This document shows positions 37,787 to 47,781 of a stretch of DNA of 64,000 nucleotides, one piece after another. Under the pieces are notes generated by a model that was not told the DNA's origin, made no database searches, and was given only the letters and a program-made list of their open reading frames with translations. The position numbers were made by a program, and so were the translations under genes. Positions within the stretch are counted from its first letter, which is position 1. Each line of letters starts with the position of its first letter. The stretch covers positions 2,528,001 to 2,592,000 of the forward strand of contig OZ251518.1 in NCBI GenBank assembly GCA_965242965.1. Direction: 5' to 3'. Source of the stretch: Candidatus Poribacteria bacterium. Lineage in GTDB: Bacteria > Poribacteria > WGA-4E > WGA-3G.

Positions 37787-39173
37787 AAATTATCTCAGAC
37801 AGAAGCTGCTTTTCCCACCAAGCGACATACTCAGCATCGCTGATGTCTGGGGAGAGTCCGCGTTTTTCCATCCCCTGCTTGAAACTTGCATCCATGTGTT
37901 CGTCCCAGTAGGTAGTAACGTCCGCCGATTCTGGCGTTTCTCCCATATCGCCAGTTGCCTGCCTCCACTCATCCAATTGCAGGCTGAGCGACTTTTGCAC
38001 AGACTCATAGCGTTCATCACCCGCGAGGTTGTTGACTTCATAAGGGTCAGCCTCAATGTCATAAAGTTCTTCGGCGGGCCGCGTCGGTTGCACGAATTGC
38101 TGCTGCGCGGGAGACAACGCACCCGTTTCCGCTAACATCTGCATCAACGTCCACGCCGGATACTGCTGTTTTTTGTAGCCGTTGAATTGCATGTAGGGAC
38201 GCTCGGGGTGATAATTGCGGATGTATTTGTAGCGATGCGTGCGGATGCACCGAATCCTGTCATCCGTGCCATCGCACCGGTCGCGGGCTGCGTAAATAGC
38301 ACCCCGGTCACTTGCCTTTGCGCCGAGGAAGATTTGTCCCTGCATAAAATCAGGAATATCAACTCCCGCCAAAGCTAACGTTGTCGGCGCGAAATCGACA
38401 CCACTGACGAGAGTCTCGCTGACGCAGCCAGCCTCAATCTGTCCGGGCCATCGGATAATTAACGGGATGCGGATGCCCCCATCGTAAAGGAATTGCTTGC
38501 AACGGGGGTGCGCGCGCCCATGGTCACTCATGAAAAAAATGAGGGTGTTGTCCGAGAGCCCTTCGTCATCTAACCGTTGGAGGATCTGTCCGACCTTTCT
38601 GTCCAGAATCTGGATGCTTTCAAGGTAGAGTGCCCAATCCTTACGGGTAAGCGGATGGTCTGGGTAGTAAGGCGGCAATGCCACGTCATCCGGGGAGATG
38701 GGGTGCCCCGGGTCTGGTTTAAAGACGCGATGTGTGTCGGGGATGTTAATCTGCGCGTAAAACGGCTGTCCTTCGGCGCGTTCGCTCCAATCCACGCCAT
38801 CAAACGGATTTTCGCGTTGGAAGTTGAAATCGGTTTTCCCGGGGCGGTTGTAGGGCGGTCCCGGGCTCTTGCACGTGAAATACCCGGCTTCTCGGAAGCA
38901 ATCGGTAATAAGTTTCATATCGGCGCGCAGCGGTTTATCGCGATTGCTCCGATGGTTATGCGCGTCAAAATGCGTCTGATATGTCCCGGTGATGAGCGCG
39001 GAGCGGCTCGGCGAGCAGACCGGGGAGGTGACGAAAGCGTTGGTATAACGAGTGCCTTCGGCGGCGAGCCGGTCGATGTTCGGTGTTTGAACGGCGGGTG
39101 TGCCGTAACAGCCGAGGTCTGGCGATAGGTCTTCGCCGTAAATCCAGAGGATGTTGGGTTGTTTGGTTTGCAT
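37785..39173 (-). CDS. Cys-type (formylglycine-dependent) sulfatase
   Basis: PNIL, CSPSRSALITG, SDHG, EELYD. Confidence 0.95.
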   Translation of the reverse strand: MQTKQPNILWIYGEDLSPDLGCYGTPAVQTPNIDRLAAEGTRYTNAFVTSPVCSPSRSALITGTYQTHFDAHNHRSNRDKPLRADMKLITDCFREAGYFTCKSPGPPYNRPGKTDFNFQRENPFDGVDWSERAEGQPFYAQINIPDTHRVFKPDPGHPISPDDVALPPYYPDHPLTRKDWALYLESIQILDRKVGQILQRLDDEGLSDNTLIFFMSDHGRAHPRCKQFLYDGGIRIPLIIRWPGQIEAGCVSETLVSGVDFAPTTLALAGVDIPDFMQGQIFLGAKASDRGAIYAARDRCDGTDDRIRCIRTHRYKYIRNYHPERPYMQFNGYKKQQYPAWTLMQMLAETGALSPAQQQFVQPTRPAEELYDIEADPYEVNNLAGDERYESVQKSLSLQLDEWRQATGDMGETPESADVTTYWDEHMDASFKQGMEKRGLSPDISDAEYVAWWEKQLLSEII

Positions 39174-39187
39174 GTTTTCTCCTGATA

Positions 39188-39456
39188 CATGGCGGGGGAC
39201 AGGCCCCCGCCCTACGAATAGACGGCATGGTGAGGCGTAGGAGAGACCTCCCGGTCTTGATTGCTCCCCGTAGGAGAGACCTCCTGGTCTCGATGCCCTA
39301 TTTGCGATCAGGCGATCGCAAACTACAGACAGGGGAAGGCCCGGCGCCCGGTAGGAGAGACCTCCTGGTCTCGATGCACATGGCGGGGGACAGGCCCCCG
39401 CCCTACGAATAGGCGGCATGCAAGGCATGGCGGGGGACAGGCCCCCGCCCTACGGT
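39188..39456. repeat. Mosaic repeat cluster
   Basis: Three ATGGCGGGGGACAGGCCCCCGCCCTACG units and three GTAGGAGAGACC units. Confidence 0.9.
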
Positions 39457-39477
39457 AATAAGGTGCCTACAAGGGGC

Positions 39478-40332
39478 CTACGCCGATGCGCCGTTGACAT
39501 TACCGACAACATACCGTTCGCGGAAGAGCGTCCGCCGCAGCGGCGGCATCGTTTTCAACAATTCAGGATGCGGCCTGTAATCCTTCGCGAAACCGCTGTC
39601 CACGGGGCTATAGAGATTGAAAATCGCTATCCTGTCGTTTTCAGTATTCGTCCACGTCGTCGCGCTGTGCGTGAGTGCCTCCGTAAAGAAAAGCAGTGAA
39701 CCGCCCGGGCATCCGTAGGTGCTCCAGATATCTGACTCTGGGTTTTGGATGTCCGTAGGTGCCGTGTAAACCGCCTTATGACTGCCAGTCACGAGCAGGG
39801 TGCCGCCTTGTCCTTTTTTCACCTCGGTCAATTCCCACACGACGCGGGTATGTGGGCTATGTCCCTTGCCGGGGAAGGCGTTGTAGTAGTGCACGTCGCC
39901 GGGGAAGCGGAGCAGTCCGTTGCCGTTGTGTGGCCCGAAGTTTCCCATGCCGGGGGTGCGATAAAAGAGATTCGTGCTTTCAAGCGAAAAGCCGTAGCAT
40001 TCGCGGCTTGTCACGGCGGGGTGCGCCGTGAATTCGTTGAGGAGCGAGACGACAAGCGGATGATCGACCAGGGTTTGAAGCGGTCCGCCGAGAGTGCTTC
40101 GTTCGTGTTCGGGGATAGATTCCGGTTCATGGTGTAGGCGCGCGGCGAAATCGCGCATCTCCTTCAATTCGCTACCGGTGAAGACCTCGGGCACGAGAAA
40201 CCAGCCGTGCGTATCAAAGGCATATCGCTGCGCCGGGGTTAACTCAGGCACGGCGAGTCCATCGGCGTTGTGCGTTGGCAATTGGCATGCTTCCGCGGGT
40301 AAGTGAAGGCTGTTAGTTTGCAATTTTTCCAT
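39478..40332 (-). CDS. Phytanoyl-CoA dioxygenase (PhyH) family Fe/2OG enzyme
   Basis: FDTHGW, GGTLLVTGSHK, GSLLFFTEALTH, conserved Arg. Confidence 0.85.
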   Translation of the reverse strand: MEKLQTNSLHLPAEACQLPTHNADGLAVPELTPAQRYAFDTHGWFLVPEVFTGSELKEMRDFAARLHHEPESIPEHERSTLGGPLQTLVDHPLVVSLLNEFTAHPAVTSRECYGFSLESTNLFYRTPGMGNFGPHNGNGLLRFPGDVHYYNAFPGKGHSPHTRVVWELTEVKKGQGGTLLVTGSHKAVYTAPTDIQNPESDIWSTYGCPGGSLLFFTEALTHSATTWTNTENDRIAIFNLYSPVDSGFAKDYRPHPELLKTMPPLRRTLFRERYVVGNVNGASA

Positions 40333-40422
40333 TAGAGGTTATCTCCTCGTGCAAACGCACGCTCGGTAGACGCTGTTTGCAACCGCGTCTATCGGCATTT
40401 ATGGATTTTGGCATGCAGTGCG

Positions 40423-41346
40423 CTAAATTTCCGCGGGATAGGCGGAGGTGCGCTGTCCAAAATCGCCGTTGATAACGTTTCCACCGGCGTAGGTTTCGCG
40501 AAAAAGCGTCTGCCGTTTCGGCGGCATCGCCGCCAAAAGCGATGGATGCGGCAGCCAGTTGGACCAGCGGCTTGCAACGGTGTTATACAAATTAGCGATG
40601 CAGACTCGCTCAGCATCGGTGTTAGCATGTCCACGCGCAATCGTCATTGATATTGATTCGGTGAAGAGGATGAGCGAACCGGCGGGACAGGCGTAGGTAT
40701 CCCACAACGATGCATTCATATCCTGCATCGCCTCTGGCATAGGATACGCGGCTTTATGACTGCCGGCGATGAACCGAACGTCATTGGTTTCGGCTGTAAC
40801 TTCGGTGAGTTCCCAGCGGGCGCGCGTCAACCCACTCCAGCCGCGTCCCGGCACGCATCGGTAGAGATGCGAATCGCCCGGCAACCGGAACAGCCCGTTT
40901 CCTGCCTGCGGGGTTACTTGCTGTTCGCCCGTGCCGAAAATCAGTGCTGTTTCCTCAAGTCGAAACCCGTAGCACTCTTCGCTTGCAACCGGTGGGTAAG
41001 CCAAAAATTCGTTCAGAAGCCCCACAACTGCGGGATGGTCTGCCAGTTTTTGCACCGGTCCGCCGAGCGTGCATCGTTCGGGTTCTGGGATGCTATTGGG
41101 TTCGGCGTGCAGGCGTTCGCAAAATTCGCGCATCGCCGCCACCTCCGCATCTGATAAGACGCTCGGCACCAGAAGCCAACCGTTCCTGTCAAAGTCGTAT
41201 TTTTGCTTCTGTGTAGGGATAACCACCGGCAATCCATCGGCGTTAGTGCGGGTTAGTTGTTCCGGTTCAACGTCAACTGCACTGCCGAGATTTTTGTTGA
41301 CAACAAAGGGTTTCGTCGTCGTAAGTTCTCTGTAAGCCATCAGCAT
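40423..41346 (-). CDS. PhyH family paralog lacking iron-ligand histidines
   Basis: Collinear with the adjacent paralog (FDRNGW, GSHKA, CPAGSLILFTE), but both His positions are replaced. Confidence 0.8.
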   Translation of the reverse strand: MLMAYRELTTTKPFVVNKNLGSAVDVEPEQLTRTNADGLPVVIPTQKQKYDFDRNGWLLVPSVLSDAEVAAMREFCERLHAEPNSIPEPERCTLGGPVQKLADHPAVVGLLNEFLAYPPVASEECYGFRLEETALIFGTGEQQVTPQAGNGLFRLPGDSHLYRCVPGRGWSGLTRARWELTEVTAETNDVRFIAGSHKAAYPMPEAMQDMNASLWDTYACPAGSLILFTESISMTIARGHANTDAERVCIANLYNTVASRWSNWLPHPSLLAAMPPKRQTLFRETYAGGNVINGDFGQRTSAYPAEI

Positions 41347-41428
41347 GCGTCCTCCGTGCTAATATTCGCGTAGGAGAGAGTTTAGCATAGGATAGAAAAT
41401 TTGTCAACGGGATATTGCTGCTTATGGC

Positions 41429-41693
41429 GAGGGTGTTTCATAACTCCGTTTCGGTAGTTATCCGCCTTGGGGGACGGGCGAATACCGGAAGGCATTGGGC
41501 CCACCGCTGTAGTTCGGGATCGCCAGATCCCGAACGGGTCAGGATCAGGCGATCCTGACCTACAGGGGGGATGCAGTCTGACACCAGAACGCATGGCGAG
41601 GGACAGGCCCTCGCCCTACGTGAAGGGGAGGCATTTTTTCACCGGAGCGCGGGGCCTATCACCGCGACGTTGAGCGATTTATGAAACACCCTC
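41429..41693. mobile_element. MITE-like element
   Basis: Perfect 14-bp TIR GAGGGTGTTTCATA/TATGAAACACCCTC around three hairpin modules. Confidence 0.8.
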
Positions 41694-41695
41694 AC

Positions 41696-43654
41696 TTATG
41701 GCCAGGGGAAAAAGGGTGCCGGCACATTTGCTCCCCAACTGACGAGACACCAGATTACCGCCATGCTAAATTCTCCGAAGACCATCCCCAAGAAAAACGG
41801 GCGAAACCGCTGATACTGTCGAATCCCGCTATAACGCAGGAGCGGCGTTTTAATGCCCCACGCAATGAAGACAGGAAACCAAAAGACGATGAGCGTCCAC
41901 GAAGCGGATAATGCATAGCCGAGTGGATGCAGAGGCCACCACCAATATAACATCCGCATCACGACTAAGCCTGTCGTTACCAAGGCACCGATGCCGAAGA
42001 AGATGCCGCCCGTTGCACGATAGTCTGATGCCAATCCCTCCATCGCCGCTACATTGTCCTGAAAAGCCCAAAGCGGATTTCCACGATACGTATAACTATA
42101 CATGTAGTTTGCGCCGTGCGTATAAGGCAGCCATAAGTGAAGGGCGGCCGCGCAGAAAAACGCCAGCGCGCAGCCTATCGCTAGAACGCCTAACAGCGAA
42201 CGGTAAGAAAGTCCAACGCCGTCGCTAATTTTTAGACTGTCAAGAAAACCGGTGAGGATTAGTCCGCGCTGATCTCGGGTGAAAATTGCATCGAGGAAGG
42301 CGAGTGTCGTGAGGCTTGGCGCGCCTAACGCCGCTTTGCTGGCGATGAGTTGATAGATATCGATGGGCCGGAAGGAGGTTTCTGTCATGAGTAAACCGCC
42401 TTCTGCGGTGCTGCGCGCCATCACCACGGCGATGATGCAAACGTAAACCAGCATCTCAAATGCCGCGAATCCGAGGTTGAGCCCGGCGAGAGAAGTCCAG
42501 CCTATCGCGAGGAGTAGGGAGCCGATGAACCCCCAAACGGCGGTGCGGTAAGGCAGTATTTCGTCGGCATCCTGCAAGATGCCTGAACGGAAAGTAAAGG
42601 CATGGCGAAACACCCGGCGGAAGTGCGGAAAACCGACATAGATAAACGAGATTATCAGCACAACATAGGCCCCGGCGATTTGGTAACCGATATAAAGCCG
42701 TGTGGGATAGAGGGGCATGCCGCTCACGCGTAAACCGAACATCGCGGCGGCGACATCTTGGAGCCGCGTGAGGAGAAAAAAGAACCACAGGCTGAACAAC
42801 AGTTGCGTCGGCAGGAGGTAGAAGAACCCGATTGCGGCGAAGGAGAGAAAAATCGGCGTGTAGCCAATGGCGTTAAACGGCTTTTCCGTGACATATTGGT
42901 TGAGTAGATAACGTAGGGATACGTTTGGCACTTGCGGCCAGATTTCGTGAAGTCCGTTTAAGGTGAAGATGAGCGCGGGCACTGCGAACCCGAGCCACAT
43001 GAGACGGTTCCGAAAGAAGCCGCGTCTTTCATAGACGAATTCGAGAGGTAGGGAGACGAGCGGAAATGTCAATTTCTCGTTTTCTATCCACTGTTTCCGC
43101 AGTATCGTCGCGAGGCAGAAGAACGCCGTAAAGAGGAAGAATACCAGCACGCCCCAAGCGCACAGCGGTTTTATCCAGAGCCCCCAGGGGATTGCATCGC
43201 CGGCATCAAGGCCTTCATAGAAACTGACAGCGACAGGTGCTTGCCCTTTTTGTTCCGGTGAAAACGGCACGAGCCACGGCTTGATGTGCGGAAAGAAGAG
43301 CGTATCCCAACTGTTCGTCTCTGTGGAAAAGTAGTTGACTGCGATGAGTGCCGGTATCAGTTTCTCCATCACGCCGCGCGACGTAATCATTGAGGCGACG
43401 AGCATCATGCAGTAGACGCACATCAATTCGCGCGGCGACAAACCGAACCGATGGCTTACTTTTTGAAGCAACCGATTCCCGAGCACCAGAAAAAAGAAGA
43501 GCCCGATAACGGCAGGCGGTAACTGCAAAAAACCGATTTGGATATAGGTAATCACCAATTCGGCATAAGAGACGATGAAGCAGATGGCAATAATGCAACA
43601 GATGCCGAGGGGAAGGAAACGCCATGATAGGCGATTATCGTGTGTAGGAAGCAA
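41696..43654 (-). CDS. Polytopic membrane protein, putative transporter (possibly DUF6785/DUF6784-like)
   Basis: ~15 TM segments, QWIENEKLTFPL, WWPLHPLGY, RPFFLGM. Confidence 0.75.
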   Translation of the reverse strand: MLPTHDNRLSWRFLPLGICCIIAICFIVSYAELVITYIQIGFLQLPPAVIGLFFFLVLGNRLLQKVSHRFGLSPRELMCVYCMMLVASMITSRGVMEKLIPALIAVNYFSTETNSWDTLFFPHIKPWLVPFSPEQKGQAPVAVSFYEGLDAGDAIPWGLWIKPLCAWGVLVFFLFTAFFCLATILRKQWIENEKLTFPLVSLPLEFVYERRGFFRNRLMWLGFAVPALIFTLNGLHEIWPQVPNVSLRYLLNQYVTEKPFNAIGYTPIFLSFAAIGFFYLLPTQLLFSLWFFFLLTRLQDVAAAMFGLRVSGMPLYPTRLYIGYQIAGAYVVLIISFIYVGFPHFRRVFRHAFTFRSGILQDADEILPYRTAVWGFIGSLLLAIGWTSLAGLNLGFAAFEMLVYVCIIAVVMARSTAEGGLLMTETSFRPIDIYQLIASKAALGAPSLTTLAFLDAIFTRDQRGLILTGFLDSLKISDGVGLSYRSLLGVLAIGCALAFFCAAALHLWLPYTHGANYMYSYTYRGNPLWAFQDNVAAMEGLASDYRATGGIFFGIGALVTTGLVVMRMLYWWWPLHPLGYALSASWTLIVFWFPVFIAWGIKTPLLRYSGIRQYQRFRPFFLGMVFGEFSMAVIWCLVSWGANVPAPFFPWP

Positions 43655-43799
43655 TATTGACTATCCTCTGTCCGACTTTTGATAACGTTGAGGTGCTGTT
43701 TAAAACAGCGCATACCGGGTTTTCGTTCGGTGCAAGCTCAACAAGTGTAGCACGAATGCGAAAATCTGTCAAATGGCGCGGAAAATTCACAAAAAACGA

Positions 43800-43894
43800 A
43801 AAATGTCACTTTTTTTGTAACCTATTATCCAATCAAGACGTTATATTAGACAGACGGACCTTTTTTTCGGGAAAATGTCACTTTTTTTGTAACC
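43800..43894 (+). promoter_or_regulatory. Pair of identical 23-bp direct repeats (putative operators)
   Basis: AAAATGTCACTTTTTTTGTAACC at 43800-43822 and 43872-43894 in a divergent intergenic region. Confidence 0.55.
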
Positions 43895-43961
43895 GTTCCA
43901 AATTTAAAGCGTTTTAATGGGTAACACCGAATTTCTATCGCGAGAAAGAAAGGTAAGAAAG

Positions 43962-44219
43962 ATGCGCAATCACACCCAAAATCCGCTTGTCGGGCTCCCT
44001 GCGCGGGCTTTACGTCTCTATAGCGCGTTGGAGGTATTCAGGGGCGCGTATGCTTCCCTGAACGAACCGATGTGGTTTCGTGCGCCAAGACGAGACGCGC
44101 GCCTCAAAGAAATTGGGTTCTCCAAGGCAGACATTGATACCGCGCTCAGCGAGCTCATCCAAGCGAATTTGTTGCAAATCCGCGAGCAGCAGCGCACGCG
44201 GTGGTATTGCCTGAAATAA
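43962..44219 (+). CDS. Small putative winged-helix DNA-binding protein
   Basis: ALRLY...IGFSKADIDTALSELIQANLLQ pattern; stop 1 nt before maf. Confidence 0.65.
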   Translation: MRNHTQNPLVGLPARALRLYSALEVFRGAYASLNEPMWFRAPRRDARLKEIGFSKADIDTALSELIQANLLQIREQQRTRWYCLK

Positions 44220-44220
44220 G

Positions 44221-44865
44221 ATGGCCCACAGCGAACTCTTCGCCAACCTCCCTCGCCTCGTTTTGGCATCGGCATCGCCGCGTCGCTCCGCACTCCTATC
44301 GCAAATCGGATTGACGTTTGAGGTATGTCCGAGTGATGTTGAGGAACCGTTGCTCAGCAGCCCGGCGGCGGAAGTCACACAAAAATTGGCACTGCTCAAG
44401 GCAGAGGCTGTCGCGCGCCAATACGCCGATGCGATAATCATCGGTGCCGATACACTCGTTTCGTTAGAGGGTGAACTTCTCGGTAAACCGACAGACGACG
44501 AGCACGCCAGAGAAATGCTGATGCGGCTCAGCAGCACACGCCACGAGGTAGTCACAGGGGTGGCATTAATCGTTGCCGATTCTTCTAGTAGACGCGGTTT
44601 GCAACAGCGCACAGTTTCGCGCGAAATCGTTTGGACAGAGACAACCAATGTCTACTTTCGCGAGGTGCGTAGCACAGAAATTGCCGCCTATATCGCGAGT
44701 GGCGAGGCATCGGATAAGGCGGGTGCATACGGGATTCAAGGACGCGGCGCCGCGTTCGTGAAACGCGTTGAAGGCTGCTATTTCAACGTCGTCGGATTGC
44801 CGCTTGCGAGTTTCGTTGAACAATTGTGGACGTTGAAAGACGCGCTACATCATTTCGCGCGATGA
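44221..44865 (+). CDS. maf: Maf nucleoside triphosphate pyrophosphatase
   Basis: LASASPRR, GADT, GKP, DKAGAYGIQG, NVVGLP. Confidence 0.95.
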   Translation: MAHSELFANLPRLVLASASPRRSALLSQIGLTFEVCPSDVEEPLLSSPAAEVTQKLALLKAEAVARQYADAIIIGADTLVSLEGELLGKPTDDEHAREMLMRLSSTRHEVVTGVALIVADSSSRRGLQQRTVSREIVWTETTNVYFREVRSTEIAAYIASGEASDKAGAYGIQGRGAAFVKRVEGCYFNVVGLPLASFVEQLWTLKDALHHFAR

Positions 44866-45000
44866 TGTCGGGTGCCTTTCGGCGACAGGCAGCGGTTTTC
44901 AGCATTGAACGCCGGGTGAACAACAAAAAAGCGGCTTGACTTTCCGCACGTGATGTGATACACTCCCCCTCACACCTGCAACAAAACGGAGTCATCGACT

Positions 45001-46695
45001 GTGGAACACCGACACCCAAGAACCTTTGAAGCCCAACTATTGCATCGAGACCGGGAGGTCTCTCCTACGGAACCCCAACACCCAAGAACCTTTGAGACCC
45101 GGGGGCCCGTGCGTCCCGAGTTGAACTATGTTGTCCCGCGCACCGAGGCACTCGCCGATTTCATCCGCCGCGTCAAACTGGGGAGGTATATCGTCCTGTT
45201 CGCGCCGCGTCAGACAGGCAAAACAACGTTTTTCCGCACAGCCATGCGGACGCTCTCGGCAGCAGAGCCGGTTTACTTCCCCATCCAACTCAATTTTGAA
45301 AGGTATGCAAACTGGCCACTGGCGGCGTTTTACCGCGACTTCTACCAAAGCGTCCACAAACAAATTCAGTATGTGTGCCATGCCCGCGGCAGCGCGCCCC
45401 CTGAGGCACTCTCCCGGTTTTTGGAGAATCAATCGTTTAACGGAAACCCTCAGTTCACGCTGCACCACTTCTTTGAAGAATTGGGGCACTTGCTGGCAGG
45501 ACAGCGGGTAGTGCTGAGTCTTGACGAGTTTGATGGCATCCCGCGCGATGCACTGCCGGGGTTCCTGCATACGCTGCGGGATATCTATCTGGCCAGGGAG
45601 TTCACGCCACCGTGTCCCTATAGCGTGAGCATCGTCGGTATCAAGAGTCTCACGCAGCTGAACTACGACAGGAGCATCTCGCCGTTCAACATCCAAGATG
45701 AGTTCCACTTGCTCAACTTCACCTTGGCGCAGGTGCAGGAACTCTTTGGACAGTATACGGCGGAAGTGGGGCAAGCCTTCGCGCCCGAAGTCATCAAGAC
45801 GCTGCACCGGCAGACAGCGGGACAGCCCTTCCTTGTCAACCGGCTCGCGCAGCTGCTCACCGAGGCACCGGACATTCCGAAGAACGAGCCCATCGGGATG
45901 GAACACTTTCTCAAAGCACACCAGCACCTCTTGAGTGAACGGAACGTCCATCTCACACATCTCGCCACGAATGTCCGCCGCAACCCGCGTTTTCAACGCC
46001 GTCTGATGCAAATTCTGTCCAAAGATGACAGCATTGAATTCAACCTGTATGATGATGTCATCAATGAACTCGTCACTTACGGTGTCATTAAAAGCGGGCG
46101 CGGCGGCCGGTGCGACATCGCGAACCCTATCTATCTCTCTTGCATCTTGCAAGCCTTCAAACCGACGCTAAACGGCCTGGAGGAAGAATACTATCCGCAA
46201 GACACCGGGGACGGACCGGACGCATATCTCACCGATACCGGCGAGATTGACATGGCGGGCTGGCTCGCGAACTTCCGGGAGTTCATCGCCCGTGCCGGGT
46301 ATCGCATCCTGCTGGTGCCACAGACACCGAAAGAATACGTCGGACAGTATCTGCTCTTTGCCTATCTAGACCAGGGTGTCCGACACATCGGGGGCGCGAT
46401 GCATCTGGAAGTGCAAACCGGGCGCGGCCGGGCAGACCTGGTGATTTTCCACGGCGGCCGGAAATATATTGTCGAAACCAAAGTCTGGCAAGGCGAAAAA
46501 TCGTATCAAGCCGGCAAGAAGCAACTCGCTGCCTACCTTCAATCGGAAGGCGCGACGGTAGGCGACTATGTTGTGTTTGATTATCGGCAAACGCCGGAGC
46601 CGCGCGTGGAAACCGAGCAACTTGATGGCGTGACGATTCGGTGTTCTGTGATTCCCGTGGTGCAAGAAAGGCCCTCCGCCAGTGTTCTGCGGTAG
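45001..46695 (+). CDS. AAA-like ATPase with C-terminal PD-(D/E)XK nuclease-like domain
   Basis: Walker A APRQTGKTT, Walker B LDEFD, SPFNI, TAGQPFLV, GRADL...VETK. Confidence 0.88.
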   Translation: MEHRHPRTFEAQLLHRDREVSPTEPQHPRTFETRGPVRPELNYVVPRTEALADFIRRVKLGRYIVLFAPRQTGKTTFFRTAMRTLSAAEPVYFPIQLNFERYANWPLAAFYRDFYQSVHKQIQYVCHARGSAPPEALSRFLENQSFNGNPQFTLHHFFEELGHLLAGQRVVLSLDEFDGIPRDALPGFLHTLRDIYLAREFTPPCPYSVSIVGIKSLTQLNYDRSISPFNIQDEFHLLNFTLAQVQELFGQYTAEVGQAFAPEVIKTLHRQTAGQPFLVNRLAQLLTEAPDIPKNEPIGMEHFLKAHQHLLSERNVHLTHLATNVRRNPRFQRRLMQILSKDDSIEFNLYDDVINELVTYGVIKSGRGGRCDIANPIYLSCILQAFKPTLNGLEEEYYPQDTGDGPDAYLTDTGEIDMAGWLANFREFIARAGYRILLVPQTPKEYVGQYLLFAYLDQGVRHIGGAMHLEVQTGRGRADLVIFHGGRKYIVETKVWQGEKSYQAGKKQLAAYLQSEGATVGDYVVFDYRQTPEPRVETEQLDGVTIRCSVIPVVQERPSASVLR

Positions 46696-46818
46696 AAAGC
46701 CCCCCTCATCGTAGGGCGAGGGCCCCCGCGATACGGGAACATCGAGACCGGGAGGGCTCTCCTACACAGATATATGAAACACCCTCAGTTCACTAGCGAG
46801 AGTTCTTGGATATCCCCG

Positions 46819-47409
46819 ATGCAGAACGCTAACATTTACACACCCACCGAAGGCTACGTTGACATTGTGAAGCCCGACGAAATGGGTAACCTACACCTCG
46901 GAATCCTTAACCTTCCAGCAAACACCACCTACTTCGCGCATTCGGAGGATACCGAAGTCGCGCTGATTGCACTAGGCGGCGACTGCACCTTGTTAGTAGG
47001 GCACAACGGCAACAAGGCGAACGGCATTTTAGGGGAGCGTCCAGACGTTTTTCACGGCGAGGCGTGTGTCGCGTTCATTCCGCATCACACTACTTACGAG
47101 GTGCTTGCAGGTGAAGCGGGGATTGAACTCGCCGTTTGCAGAACGCTGTCACATTCGGAAACGGCCGCGGTCATTTTAGGCGCGGGTGAAGCGGCGGACA
47201 CAACAGACTGGCAACTCGCTATTACCGAAAATAGGATGCCAGCCCGGGGCGTTGGCGAAGCAATCTGTCTTATCCGTTATCCGCACGAAGCAAACACTAC
47301 AGTGAAGCAGTTTCCGCGCAGCGGTTTTGAAGAAGAGAAAGCGGCGGATATGATGAATCATACCCGCCGTGAGCGCGCCTATACGTTGTGGATAACGCGT
47401 GTGGCGTAA
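46819..47409 (+). CDS. IolB/KduI-like cupin protein, short or divergent
   Basis: EVALIALGG and GERPDVF resemble the IolB N-terminal half; C-terminal metal-binding motifs not seen. Confidence 0.55.
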   Translation: MQNANIYTPTEGYVDIVKPDEMGNLHLGILNLPANTTYFAHSEDTEVALIALGGDCTLLVGHNGNKANGILGERPDVFHGEACVAFIPHHTTYEVLAGEAGIELAVCRTLSHSETAAVILGAGEAADTTDWQLAITENRMPARGVGEAICLIRYPHEANTTVKQFPRSGFEEEKAADMMNHTRRERAYTLWITRVA

Positions 47410-47413
47410 AGCG

Positions 47414-47716
47414 TTACTCGCCCTCGATGAGCTCCCCGCCCTTTCTCAGAAAAGCGACGGCACTCCGCTGAATCTGCACCTTCACCTCCTGATTGTTCAC
47501 TTCGCCCACGGATAGAACGATGATGTTCTTATCGTTGCTGAGGCCGAGGATTTTGCCGTGCAACCCGCCGTTGGTGACGATTTCATCGCCTTTGGACAGG
47601 TTCTCCAGCATGTTCTGGTGTTTTTTGCGTTTGGCTTGCTCCGGCCGCCAAAGCAAGAAATACATGATTGCCCCCATTGCGATAAAGGGCACAAGCAAAC
47701 TTCCTATTTGTTCCAT
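47414..47716 (-). CDS. yajC: Preprotein translocase subunit YajC
   Basis: MYFLLWRP, LSKGDEIVTNGGLHG; follows queA. Confidence 0.93.
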   Translation of the reverse strand: MEQIGSLLVPFIAMGAIMYFLLWRPEQAKRKKHQNMLENLSKGDEIVTNGGLHGKILGLSNDKNIIVLSVGEVNNQEVKVQIQRSAVAFLRKGGELIEGE

Positions 47717-47781
47717 GAATATCTCCTTCTATTATTTCTGGCAGGCGTGGTTTGAAACCGCGCCTACCGGGTTCGTTTTTT

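Noticed and set aside
45037-46152. 371-aa antisense ORF and similar long antisense ORFs (31524-32285, 63259-63885)
   Set aside because: They lie opposite well-supported genes and have no motifs; expected in GC-rich coding DNA
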